From Defluviitaleaceae bacterium (GTDB taxonomy: Bacteria; Bacillota; Clostridia; Lachnospirales; WRAX01): a DNA stretch of 64,000 nt. A program made the translations under genes and the position numbers. The DNA lies in contig WRBJ01000003.1 in NCBI GenBank assembly GCA_009784615.1, forward strand, positions 19,005 to 83,004, written 5' to 3'. The notes under the pieces were generated by a model that worked only from the letters and a program-made list of their open reading frames with translations, searched no databases and had not been told where the DNA came from. Shown piece after piece: positions 9,980 to 19,331 of this stretch; the stretch's first letter is position 1; each line of letters opens with the position of its first letter.

Positions 9980-10420
9980 TTAATGTGCGTGTCCGTGTTC
10001 ACCCCAAACAATATCTACGCTTGAGTTTCTTGTATTTTCAAAACTAAGTGAAAATCTTATGCGACCAGAACCAAGGCCACTTGCATCAATGTCAAAATTT
10101 CCACCATTTGACATATCTATAACAATCTCGCTACCATCAAGTTCGCCATTTGCAGATATAGTTAAAATAACTTCACCTTGTGTATTGCTTGAATGAATAT
10201 GGATTGTTTCAAGGTCGTGTTCATCAAGTTCAAAGGTTCTGTTGCGATGCCCGCTAGAAGCGGCATTTAACGAAATGCTAAAGCCATCTTCAAAGGTACG
10301 TTCGTTAAGACCCGAAACACTGCGCCAAGAAGAACCATTAGGACCATCACAAGCCGCAAAAATCATTAGCCCAGCAATCGCTATTATAGCAAGCAATAAA
10401 AAACGTAATTTGTTTTTCAT
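9980..10420 (-). CDS. Putative lipoprotein inserted between rplK and rplA
   Basis: Signal peptide plus lipobox (LMIFAAC-DG). No recognisable domain. Confidence 0.5.
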   Translation of the reverse strand: MKNKLRFLLLAIIAIAGLMIFAACDGPNGSSWRSVSGLNERTFEDGFSISLNAASSGHRNRTFELDEHDLETIHIHSSNTQGEVILTISANGELDGSEIVIDMSNGGNFDIDASGLGSGRIRFSLSFENTRNSSVDIVWGEHGHAH

Positions 10421-10434
10421 AATATACACCTCTT

Positions 10435-10749
10435 TTAATTCACATACTTAACAGCAGTACCATAAGCCATAACTTCAGACGCACCGCCCATAACAGAACA
10501 AGTTTGGTAACGCACCGCAATAATTGCATCCGCACCATATTGTTGCGCTTGGTCTATCATACGTTGGCTGGCTATAGCACGGGCTTCGTTCATAAGCTCG
10601 GTATAAGCGTGAACCTCGCCACCGATAACGCTTTTAAAATTCGCACCAATATCACGTATTACATTTTTTGTGCGAACAACGCTACCCAAAACAAGACCTA
10701 GATGTTCAACTTGTTTTCCTGCGATTTCGTTTGTTGTTGTCAAAATCAT
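10435..10749 (-). CDS. YbjQ-family protein (UPF0145)
   Basis: About 100 aa, with MILTTTNEI.G......GLV.G..V...N..RDI.A..K...GGE...Y..L..EAR..A..R, which is typical of YbjQ. Confidence 0.75.
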   Translation of the reverse strand: MILTTTNEIAGKQVEHLGLVLGSVVRTKNVIRDIGANFKSVIGGEVHAYTELMNEARAIASQRMIDQAQQYGADAIIAVRYQTCSVMGGASEVMAYGTAVKYVN

Positions 10750-10776
10750 AATACACAACCCTCCCCTATGTCAAAA

Positions 10777-11202
10777 CTAACCCTCTACTACCAACCCCAT
10801 AGAACGAGCAGTACCAGAAATAATAGACATTGCGGCTTCAATGCTTGCAGCGTTAAGGTCAGGCATTTTAAGCTCTGCAATCTCTTTTACTTGAGCAGAT
10901 GTAACCGTGCCAACCTTTGTTTTATGCGGTTCGCCACTTGCCGTTTCAATACCTGCCGCCTTTTTCAACAAAATAGCCGCCGGTGGTGTCTTTGTGATAA
11001 AAGTAAAACTCTTATCAGCATAAACAGTAATAACTACAGGGATAATAAGCCCCACTTGTTTTGCGGTTCTGTCGTTAAATTCTTTGCAAAAGCCCATTAG
11101 GTTTACGCCGTGCTGACCAAGTGCAGGACCAACAGGTGGCGCAGGTGTTGCCTTGCCCGCAGGGATTTGAAATTTAACAATACCTGTTACTTTTTTTGCC
11201 AT
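10777..11202 (-). CDS. rplK: 50S ribosomal protein L11
   Basis: The sequence [34 protein letters not shown] is the canonical L11 N-terminus. Confidence 0.95.
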   Translation of the reverse strand: MAKKVTGIVKFQIPAGKATPAPPVGPALGQHGVNLMGFCKEFNDRTAKQVGLIIPVVITVYADKSFTFITKTPPAAILLKKAAGIETASGEPHKTKVGTVTSAQVKEIAELKMPDLNAASIEAAMSIISGTARSMGLVVEG

Positions 11203-11210
11203 TTTTTCTT

Positions 11211-11248
11211 CCTCCTATTGTGGTAATGGCGGGATAATTCCCTCCCAC
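11211..11248 (-). promoter_or_regulatory. Candidate L1-binding leader hairpin overlapping the rplK RBS (copy A)
   Basis: The minus-strand RNA reads GUGGGAGGGAAUUAUCCCGCCAUUACCAC, followed by AAUAGGAGGAAG...AUG. Confidence 0.5.
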
Positions 11249-11285
11249 ATTATTAAATGCATAATGCAAAGTGCATAATGCAGAA

Positions 11286-11807
11286 TTACATACGTTCAAT
11301 TTGCAGATAATCCAGCTCAACAGGCGTTTCTCTGCCAAAAATAGACAGCGTTACAACAACCATTTGACGAGCCGAATTAACTTCGGCAATAGTACCTGTA
11401 GAATCCTCAAAAGGTCCTGTTGTAATGCGTACAACATCGCCAACGGCAAAATGCAACATTTCCGTTTCGCTCTCAATAAGCCCCATTTTGAAGATTTCTT
11501 CATCAGACAACGGAACAGGTTTAGAGCCAGGACCAACAAAACTGGTAACGCCGCGTGTATTACGCACAACATACCACGTTTCGTCGTTCATATGCATATT
11601 AACCAGCACATAACCAGGAAAAACCTTGCGGTTTACGGTTTTGCGCACGCCGTTTTTAATCTCAACCACATTTTGCGTGGGTACAGAAACCTCAACAATC
11701 TGCTCTTGCATATTGCGATTTTCTATAATTTTTTCAAGATTTGCTTTAACCTTGTTTTCATATCCAGAATAGGTATGCACAACATACCATTGCGGAACTT
11801 CAGACAT
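11286..11807 (-). CDS. nusG: Transcription termination/antitermination factor NusG
   Basis: WYVVHTYSGYENKV and a C-terminal KOW region are present, in the conserved secE-nusG-rplK position. Confidence 0.95.
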   Translation of the reverse strand: MSEVPQWYVVHTYSGYENKVKANLEKIIENRNMQEQIVEVSVPTQNVVEIKNGVRKTVNRKVFPGYVLVNMHMNDETWYVVRNTRGVTSFVGPGSKPVPLSDEEIFKMGLIESETEMLHFAVGDVVRITTGPFEDSTGTIAEVNSARQMVVVTLSIFGRETPVELDYLQIERM

Positions 11808-11824
11808 TTTTCACCTCTCGCTTC

Positions 11825-12052
11825 TTAATTAAACAAGCCAGATAGCAGGCTGTAGCCGTTGGATAATGAAAAGTCAAAAGCAAAAATAATTGCACCAACC
11901 AAGCCGCTAGTAACAATGGCGGCAATAGTCATTTTCGCAAGCTGAGCCTTCGTCGGCCAAGTAACACGTTTAAATTCGCCAACCAAACCGCTCCACCAGC
12001 CCTGCGCACCTTCCATTACACTAACATCATCTGCTTTTTTGTTATCACTCAT
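11825..12052 (-). CDS. secE: Preprotein translocase subunit SecE
   Basis: 75 aa with a single C-terminal TM helix and the motif EFKRVTWPTK. It lies between rpmG and nusG. Confidence 0.8.
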   Translation of the reverse strand: MSDNKKADDVSVMEGAQGWWSGLVGEFKRVTWPTKAQLAKMTIAAIVTSGLVGAIIFAFDFSLSNGYSLLSGLFN

Positions 12053-12064
12053 AAATACACCTCA

Positions 12065-12214
12065 TTATCTGGTTTCTCTGTGCGGAGTATGCTTGTTGCA
12101 AAACTTGCAATGCTTTTTAAACTCCATACGGTCTGGGTGGTTCTTTTTGTTCTTTTTGCTTTCATAATTGCGTTGTTTGCACTCTGTGCAAGCCAATGTA
12201 ATCTTTGCTCTCAT
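12065..12214 (-). CDS. rpmG: 50S ribosomal protein L33 (absent from the supplied ORF track)
   Basis: Manual translation of the minus strand gives [49 protein letters not shown]. This is 49 aa with the CxxC...CxxC zinc ribbon, and an RBS GAGGTG lies upstream. Confidence 0.9.
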   Translation of the reverse strand: MRAKITLACTECKQRNYESKKNKKNHPDRMEFKKHCKFCNKHTPHRETR

Positions 12215-12445
12215 ATCTTCACCTCAATGTATATTTGGCATTAACAACTTACGTAAATCTTTTTTCGTCAAAAGCAACGAAAAAACCACTTCGCTTCGTT
12301 GATTACACCACAAAAAATACGCCTTTTAGGCACTTACACATTCTACCACATCATATATGTATCTGTCAAGCATTTTTTTCAAAAATTTTATTTGGGTAAA
12401 CAAGCAACCAAAAAGCGGAAAGAACCTAATCTCTCCGCTTTTATA

Positions 12446-12706
12446 TTACAACGCCTTCCCCACAGCCTCCCTACACTCTTCACACAAATACGTCTTATGT
12501 ACTCTTTTGATATTTGTATCATCATCACAAGCCATACACTTATCAAAATGCCTTACTAGCATAATGACATCGCCGTCCATAACAAATTCAAACTTATCAC
12601 TGGGACGTATTTGCTTTTGTTCTCTTATTACTCTTGGGATAATAATGCGCCCTAGCTCATCCACTTTTTTTACTGCACCTGTGTACTTTGCGTTTTGATT
12701 AGACAT
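12446..12706 (-). CDS. AbrB/SpoVT-family DNA-binding protein
   Basis: The N-terminal swapped-hairpin motif VDELGRIIIPRVIRE is present. The C-terminal half carries two CxxC pairs. Confidence 0.7.
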   Translation of the reverse strand: MSNQNAKYTGAVKKVDELGRIIIPRVIREQKQIRPSDKFEFVMDGDVIMLVRHFDKCMACDDDTNIKRVHKTYLCEECREAVGKAL

Positions 12707-13051
12707 ATTAATGTCCTCCTTTAATAAATTATTTTGCCTTTTGGCATTTGTTTTTTGCTATACCCATATAATACCAGTAAAAAATTGGATTGTCCACACA
12801 AATTTTTACAGTTTCGACAAATCATTCCTTTTAAACGTATTATATGACTGGATAAAATGTCAAAAAATGGTCAAAGGCGAAACCTGCCAAAATAAGGGGA
12901 AAAATAGCCCTTGCGATATTTTTTGCAATATCGCAAGGGCAAATAAAAATGGAAAGACCTGTTAATCTTCCCATTTATTAGGTATTTACTTTATTGTCTT
13001 ATTTTGAATTTTTTTACAACTTTGCCTTTTTCTTTGTATAACTTTATTAAA

Positions 13052-13195
13052 TTATTCTGTTAAACTAGGCGGCGGGATTATGATGCGTGTTGGCAATATT
13101 GGAGGGCTGGTATCAAGAGGTCCTGCATAAATGGTTGCGCTTAATGAAAATAATGCAATCATAACCAAAAATATTGCTAATAGTCTTTTTTTCAT
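13052..13195 (-). CDS. 47-aa secreted propeptide, candidate signalling peptide (absent from the ORF track)
   Basis: Manual translation gives MKKRLLAIFLVMIALFSLSATIYAGPLDTSPPILPTRIIIPPPSLTE. Its ATG overlaps the regulator's TGA stop (TTATGA). It has an N-terminal signal sequence and a Pro-rich C-terminus. Confidence 0.55.
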   Translation of the reverse strand: MKKRLLAIFLVMIALFSLSATIYAGPLDTSPPILPTRIIIPPPSLTE

Positions 13196-14541
13196 AATAC
13201 ATTACCACCTTTTTGATTATTAAACATATGCTTATAAATATCATTTATAATAGCTTTGGCTTCTAACGACTTACCTGTTCTTTTACTTTTTACACCGTAT
13301 TCTGAAAGAAGTTCGCAACAGGCTATTGCTTCGAGCCTTATACTATTATCTATAAAATATTTTATTGCCGTTTTTTCTATATATTCGACAGACATAACAT
13401 CATAACTGCTCATACGTTTGCTTACAGCTAAAATATGTGTTAGTATTTCAAAAATAATTAAATCGGGGCTTTTGCTATATTTTGCTTTAGCATTAATAAT
13501 AATCTTTTTGGCTTCTGTAAAACTTTTTAGCTCTATTAGGCAACGTGCTTTATAATACAAAGCTCCCATATAATGCTCGGAAGTTTCTTCAAGAAACATC
13601 ATTGCTTGGTCAAAATAATCTATTGATTTTTCCCAATCCTTTGAAAATCTATATAATACACCTAGGTTACGCAATACCAAGCCGATTAATGACTTATTTA
13701 ATGTTCCTTTTGCACGCAAAAGGCAATTGTTTAATAATTCTTTAGCAAAATCAAATTCACCAATTTTAATATAGTTTAATGAAAGCATAACATCTGAATT
13801 TATTCTATGAAGTGACGTTCTGCTTCCGCTGTTTGCTCTGGGTATTTTATTTAAGAACATAATAGTGCGAAATGGATTTTCAATATAATTATAGCATAAA
13901 GCAATATGATAATGGACTTTCTCTAAATCTTCAGATGAAAAATCTTCATTATCTTTCACTAAATCTAGGGTTTTTGTGAAAGATTTTATGGCTTCTGTAT
14001 ATTGTTCATTTAGGATTTTGATAAAACCAATATTGGAATGATAGTAATATAAATGTTCGACGCTCATAATTTCTTGTTTATCTTCAAGATAACTCATTTT
14101 TTCATTAGCGATGTCGGCGTAATTATCGCCAGCTTCGTAAAAAATATGTATAACTTCAAACAAACGATAAAGCATAGATAAATCGGTGTCAACAGGCTCT
14201 AAATTAACAGCAGGTGATAGCACTTTATGCATATCCTCTGCTTCTTTCGTCCTACCAACCCTAAGCAAATCACGCCAGTAATAAAGGCTTTCTCTAAAAG
14301 CAGCCCTTTCATCTTCTGTTAATGGCATACCTTCTATTTTTAAAAACTTTTTAACTCTTTCAAGCTCGTCTTGGTTATATTCTTCAGCACTGGTACTGGT
14401 TTCTATGCGTGAAATTTGAGCTTGGCTTGTTAAAGCAACCTCGGCAATTTTATCTTGGCTTATTTTCTTATCTTTACGCAAAGCCGTTATTTTTTGGGAG
14501 ATAGATAGTGTGTTGGTGTCGAATTTTTCATTAGCATACAT
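13192..14541 (-). CDS. XRE-family HTH plus TPR-repeat regulator (RNPP-like architecture)
   Basis: An N-terminal HTH (ISQKITALRKDKKISQDKIAEVALTSQAQISRIE) is followed by about 380 aa of TPR-like helical repeats. Confidence 0.7.
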   Translation of the reverse strand: MYANEKFDTNTLSISQKITALRKDKKISQDKIAEVALTSQAQISRIETSTSAEEYNQDELERVKKFLKIEGMPLTEDERAAFRESLYYWRDLLRVGRTKEAEDMHKVLSPAVNLEPVDTDLSMLYRLFEVIHIFYEAGDNYADIANEKMSYLEDKQEIMSVEHLYYYHSNIGFIKILNEQYTEAIKSFTKTLDLVKDNEDFSSEDLEKVHYHIALCYNYIENPFRTIMFLNKIPRANSGSRTSLHRINSDVMLSLNYIKIGEFDFAKELLNNCLLRAKGTLNKSLIGLVLRNLGVLYRFSKDWEKSIDYFDQAMMFLEETSEHYMGALYYKARCLIELKSFTEAKKIIINAKAKYSKSPDLIIFEILTHILAVSKRMSSYDVMSVEYIEKTAIKYFIDNSIRLEAIACCELLSEYGVKSKRTGKSLEAKAIINDIYKHMFNNQKGGNVL

Positions 14542-14734
14542 TTTGCAAAAATCACCCCATATTCACATATAATAAAGTTATTATCTATTATTATACAATA
14601 TGTGGCAGGGTTTGTCAAGGGATTTTTGAAAAAAATATTACAAATATTAAATTTTTTAAACCGCAACAAAAGGGGTTGAATTTTGCCGAAAAAAGAGTAT
14701 AATGATATTAGGTCGTTATTGAGGGAGAATATAG

Positions 14735-16165
14735 ATGAAGAAAATTTTTGTTGCGGCGGTTTTTTTGGCGGGGTTGATGTTGGTTTTTGCGGGTTGCAAC
14801 CGCAATGGCGGCGGTGCGGCGGTTTTGCCCGATTGGCAAACAGGCAACGCACACAATGTTTTAGACATTTTTCACGGCGGCGATGGCTATACTTCCAATG
14901 AAGACGAGGAAGATGCACCTTGCCCCGAATTTACACGCTTTTTAGACGAAGCGTCTTTGTTACGGGCAAATCCGCCTGTGGCTGGCGTTTCGTCCGCAAA
15001 CGGACTTGCTTTTGAAAGCAACCGTACAGAACAGTCCAATTTTGTTATAGATGTTATGCACGCAATAACCGAAAGCCCTGCGCTTAACCAGCTTTCTACC
15101 GAAAAGATAGACGCTTTTGTACGTGATTTTAAATTACAAAACCAAAGCGGCAGTATTTATGCCAGACCGCAAACTTTTGCATACAACGGACACGTTTTGG
15201 GCGTTGTTATCAATTTTGTAAGCTATGGCGATATGGCAGGCTTTGAAACATCGCAATCCGTTACCAATTTCGATTTATCGCAAAACATCGAAATTCCCTC
15301 ACAGTCGCTTTTTACTAACAATGCCGATTTTCGCAGTGTTTTCGCAGAACTTGCAGAAGGTTACGAACTAACAGGCAACGAAAATTTCACTTTTGATGAC
15401 GAAAATATTTATCTCCATATACGCAATAATGATGTCGAATTAGGCGGTTACACGATTTTTGCTATGTCTTTGTCGCATTTTGATGGTATGTGGCAAAGTC
15501 CGTCTGTCGTGCGCCCTCGTATGGCAATTACATTTGATGATGGCCCGCATTATAGACTAACAGCAAATTTACTGGATGCGTTAGCCACACGCAACATCAA
15601 AGGTACGTTTTTTGTGCTAGGCGCAAATGTGGCAGATAATGCCGATTTAATAATGCGGATGTACAACGAAGGACACGAAATTGGCAATCATTCTTTTGCT
15701 CATCCAAGTTTTACCAATCTACCACGTGAGCGAATTATGAACGAAATAACCGCTACAAACGATGCAATCTACGCTATAACAGGCGAAACGCCGACGCTTT
15801 TACGTCCGCCTTTTGGTAATTTTGAAAGCAGAGAGCGCACAACAATCAACATCGCAACAGAACTGGGTATGACAATACAATTATGGAGCATAGACCCAAG
15901 AGATTGGGAAATTCGCAACGCAACAACCGTACGTGATAATATACTTGCCCTTGCAAAAGACGGCAGTGTTATTTTACTGCACGACATACACGAAACATCA
16001 ATACAGGGTGCAATTATGGCAATCGACATACTTATGGCACGTGGTTATGATTTTGTTACGGTTAGCGAACTTTATCGCACAAGCGAAATAGACCACATCC
16101 CAGGCAGTGTACATCGTGGCGTATATTGGGATATTTCCCGCCGTGATAGAGGAATTTTTGACTAA
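14735..16165 (+). CDS. Polysaccharide deacetylase family lipoprotein (NodB homology domain)
   Basis: Lipobox FAGC is present. The C-terminal NodB motifs are ITFDDGP, HEIGNHSFAHP, LLRPPFG and ILLHD. Confidence 0.8.
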   Translation: MKKIFVAAVFLAGLMLVFAGCNRNGGGAAVLPDWQTGNAHNVLDIFHGGDGYTSNEDEEDAPCPEFTRFLDEASLLRANPPVAGVSSANGLAFESNRTEQSNFVIDVMHAITESPALNQLSTEKIDAFVRDFKLQNQSGSIYARPQTFAYNGHVLGVVINFVSYGDMAGFETSQSVTNFDLSQNIEIPSQSLFTNNADFRSVFAELAEGYELTGNENFTFDDENIYLHIRNNDVELGGYTIFAMSLSHFDGMWQSPSVVRPRMAITFDDGPHYRLTANLLDALATRNIKGTFFVLGANVADNADLIMRMYNEGHEIGNHSFAHPSFTNLPRERIMNEITATNDAIYAITGETPTLLRPPFGNFESRERTTINIATELGMTIQLWSIDPRDWEIRNATTVRDNILALAKDGSVILLHDIHETSIQGAIMAIDILMARGYDFVTVSELYRTSEIDHIPGSVHRGVYWDISRRDRGIFD

Positions 16166-16178
16166 ACACGAGGTATAT

Positions 16179-16646
16179 ATGGATTCTTTTTCAACAAAAT
16201 TGTCAATTTTGGCAGATATTTTAGTTAAGAAAAAAACAGCATTGTTAACTATCTTAAATATCTGCGAAAACCAAGAAAATCTTTATGATACGCCAACTAC
16301 AGCCGAGCGGCGGGATTTTTTGGTTGCAATGGGTATAGAAAAACAAACACAAATTGACAATGTGTTAGAATGTGACCAAATATTTCAACAAATTTTTGAT
16401 GCTTTTGGTGATGAATTTGAAAATATGGGGCAAATTTATCCCGAAAAAGTACGCATTTTGCAAGACGGCATAAAAGAGATTTTGGAAATAGATATACAAA
16501 TCCGTGCGCAAGAGGAAAAAACAAAAGCGGCGGCAAATGCCGCTTGGGGAAAGTTTTCACAAGACGCACTAAAAGCTCCAAACCCCACAAACACAAACGA
16601 CATTTTAAACAAATACCGCAGTAACAACCGAGGAGGACGAAGATGA
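16179..16646 (+). CDS. Hypothetical protein
   Basis: ATG at 16179 after GAGG. The predicted protein is acidic and helical, with no recognised motif. Confidence 0.4.
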   Translation: MDSFSTKLSILADILVKKKTALLTILNICENQENLYDTPTTAERRDFLVAMGIEKQTQIDNVLECDQIFQQIFDAFGDEFENMGQIYPEKVRILQDGIKEILEIDIQIRAQEEKTKAAANAAWGKFSQDALKAPNPTNTNDILNKYRSNNRGGRR

Positions 16647-17071
16647 TAACAGGCGTAGAAATTTGCAAAGTAGTGTCAAATTCAATCGAAGCCTTAGAGC
16701 TTTACGAGCGCATTTTTGAAGTAGAGCGTGTGGAAGTAAGCGATTTCGGCATTGGCAAGTCAGAACTAATTTTCACAATCTATGGCACACGCATACATCT
16801 GCTTGACGAAAACCCAGAGCATATGCTAACCGCCCCAAAAGAAGGCAACCCAATAACAATGTGGCTTAACATCGCCGTGCCAGATATTCAAAAAACCTTT
16901 AATGCCGCAATATTGGCAGGTTGCACACCAATATCGCCCATAAACGATATGCCCGCAATGGGCGTAAAAAATGCTATATTTTCCGACAAATTCGGCTATG
17001 TGTGGATGTTGCACCAAATCGACCGCATCGTCAGCCACGAAGAACGTATGGAATTATTTAAAAATCAATAA
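16643..17071 (+). CDS. VOC/glyoxalase-fold family protein
   Basis: 142 aa with PhnB/VOC-like composition. Its start overlaps the upstream stop (ATGA). Confidence 0.55.
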   Translation: MITGVEICKVVSNSIEALELYERIFEVERVEVSDFGIGKSELIFTIYGTRIHLLDENPEHMLTAPKEGNPITMWLNIAVPDIQKTFNAAILAGCTPISPINDMPAMGVKNAIFSDKFGYVWMLHQIDRIVSHEERMELFKNQ

Positions 17072-17235
17072 TAAATAAAATGCTAGGGCGTAGAAAATTA
17101 CGCCCTATTTTTGTAACGAAAACCCATTTTTAAAGATATATGTATGAATACTTATCCTCATTTAAAATTTCGCATTTTAGACAGCCGCTTGCAACAACAG
17201 GTTTTAAAGTGGGATAAGCAAAAGGCGGTGATAAT

Positions 17236-17727
17236 TTGGGCGAAGATATTGAAAAGGCATACATACTGCACGCCAAAGATGTTTACAAATACCTATTAAG
17301 CATAACGGGCGGCAACACACATCTATCAGAAGAGCTGACGCAAGAAACCTTTTTTCGTGCAATGCGCACCATTAACAGCTTTGACGGCTCTTGCAAGCTA
17401 TCCGTATGGCTTTGCCAAATCGCAAAACATCTTTGGTATCAACATCTGCAAAAACAAGCCAAACGCCGACACGACGAGCTTTCACACGATTTACAAGGCG
17501 ATAATTCTCCCGAAGATAACATTGTGCTACGCTCCGAAAAAACCGCACTATACAAAGCCATACGTACCTTGCCCGAAAATATGCGTGAAGTCGTACACCT
17601 GCGCCTAACAGGCGAATTTACTTTTGCCGAAATCGGCGAAATATTAGGCAAAACCGAAACGTGGGCAAGAACCACCTTCTATCTTGCAAAGCTAAAAATT
17701 ATCGAAAAAATGGAGGAAAAACAATGA
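17236..17727 (+). CDS. ECF-type RNA polymerase sigma-70 factor
   Basis: Region 2 (DVYKYLLSITGGNTHLSEELTQETFFRA) and region 4 (REVVHLRLTGEFTFAEIGEILGKTETWARTTF) are both present. Confidence 0.85.
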   Translation: MGEDIEKAYILHAKDVYKYLLSITGGNTHLSEELTQETFFRAMRTINSFDGSCKLSVWLCQIAKHLWYQHLQKQAKRRHDELSHDLQGDNSPEDNIVLRSEKTALYKAIRTLPENMREVVHLRLTGEFTFAEIGEILGKTETWARTTFYLAKLKIIEKMEEKQ

Positions 17728-18551
17728 AATGCTATATTGTAAAAGATTTACTGCCAAGCTATATTGACGGCATAACCAGCGAAGAAACCACTGCAGAAAT
17801 AACATTGCATATCGAAAACTGCACAGAATGTAAATCAATCTACGAAAAATTAACACAACCTATGCAAAATCATCAAACAAACCTTGATGAAGCCAATTTT
17901 TTAAAAGGCTTGCGCCGCAAAATCTCCAGCAGAAATACGCCGCTAGTAATTGTAACAACAACTATTGCTCTTTTCGTTATCGGTTATTTGTTCGCCTATA
18001 TCTTTGTGATACACAGTTCAATTCCTTTTGATGCCGAGCGTATTCAAATAAGCACAATCGAAACCTACGTAGCATATGAAAAAAACGAATACGGCAACCT
18101 AACATTTTTTCACGAAAGCACTTCCCCAAACGAAATTTTTGGTGATAGAGAGTTTTTGTTCAGACAATTACAAATTTCCCACAAAGGCTTTGCATGGTGG
18201 GATGCCCATATAAGTGCTAGAAGTATTGTACGTGACGGACAAAATATTAGAGTAGTATTTTTTACAGTAACCCAAGCCCCAATCGCACGCTTGTTGCCAA
18301 GGGCAGGTAATTATGCCAGTTTTTGGGGTTACAAATTGCACGGCGATGTTTTTCACGAACCACAAATGATAGAGGTGTATTATCTACATCTAAGACCTTC
18401 TATTCGTGATAACCTAGCCATTCCACCTACTCCCAACACACCCACAGGCATACTTCGTATGTATAATAGAATTGATGAAATGTCAGACGAGAATTTTGAT
18501 AACCTACGCCACAACGCAACCCTTGTATTTAGCGGTGTTGTAGACAACTAG
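17724..18551 (+). CDS. Anti-sigma factor (zf-HC2 type) with one TM segment
   Basis: The start overlaps the sigma gene stop (ATGA). The motif H-x3-C-x2-C (HIENCTECK) and a TM helix near residue 80 are present. Confidence 0.7.
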   Translation: MKCYIVKDLLPSYIDGITSEETTAEITLHIENCTECKSIYEKLTQPMQNHQTNLDEANFLKGLRRKISSRNTPLVIVTTTIALFVIGYLFAYIFVIHSSIPFDAERIQISTIETYVAYEKNEYGNLTFFHESTSPNEIFGDREFLFRQLQISHKGFAWWDAHISARSIVRDGQNIRVVFFTVTQAPIARLLPRAGNYASFWGYKLHGDVFHEPQMIEVYYLHLRPSIRDNLAIPPTPNTPTGILRMYNRIDEMSDENFDNLRHNATLVFSGVVDN

Positions 18552-18615
18552 CATAACACCCTTTCGTAAATCCTTTCATATTATATTGTATGAAAAATTG
18601 CGAGAGGGTTTTTAT

Positions 18616-19206
18616 ATGGAAAATATTTACGGTTTTGATTTGCTAACAAACGAGGTTGCCGAACATTTTGAAGAACAAGATGCAGTATCAGCATTTGCAG
18701 AATTTGCGGCGGCGGCAGAAATAGCGCAGCAGTTGCCTCAATTTGCACCAACACTTCCCCCGCTTCGACCACCACAAGTTCCCATAAGTCCACCAAATAT
18801 GCGCCCGCCTTCACAACATCTACCTCCGAACCCAATACGCCCTATGCCACCACAATCTCCGGCTCATCCTATACCGCCGCAAGCTCCGATACGTCCATTA
18901 CCGCCGCACAATATGCCGACAGTGCACCCAATAAGACCAATAAACCGTCCCATTATGCCACATCTACCACCACCAAGCACGATTCCACGCCACGTACCAT
19001 CTCTGCGGGGCATAGGCCCATCAGGCATAGCTCGTTGCTTACACAACAACACCTATGTATGGCTACGAAACCGCCAAGAATTTTGGTTTTACCCCGTACA
19101 CATAGGTCGACGCTCTGTCGCTGGTTACCGTCATTTGCGTGGCAGTTGGGTATATATGGGCTTTGACCTTAATATGATTGATAGCTTCTTTTGCGGCGGA
19201 CGATAA
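18616..19206 (+). CDS. Proline-rich protein with an aromatic/Cys-containing C-terminal domain
   Basis: Repeated xPIRP and PPxxP units are followed by YVWLRNRQEFWFYPVHIGRRSVAGYRHLRGSWVYMGFDL..IDSFFC. Confidence 0.4.
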   Translation: MENIYGFDLLTNEVAEHFEEQDAVSAFAEFAAAAEIAQQLPQFAPTLPPLRPPQVPISPPNMRPPSQHLPPNPIRPMPPQSPAHPIPPQAPIRPLPPHNMPTVHPIRPINRPIMPHLPPPSTIPRHVPSLRGIGPSGIARCLHNNTYVWLRNRQEFWFYPVHIGRRSVAGYRHLRGSWVYMGFDLNMIDSFFCGGR

Positions 19207-19331
19207 TTTAGCTTGTCGAAATTTTTATGAAAAAACTTGTTCTGCAATGACAGTTATTTCCAATTTATTCTAATTGCTTGTGGTACAATCCTCCTAAAAG
19301 GGCAAGTTGCCTAAATGAGGAGGATTTTTTT

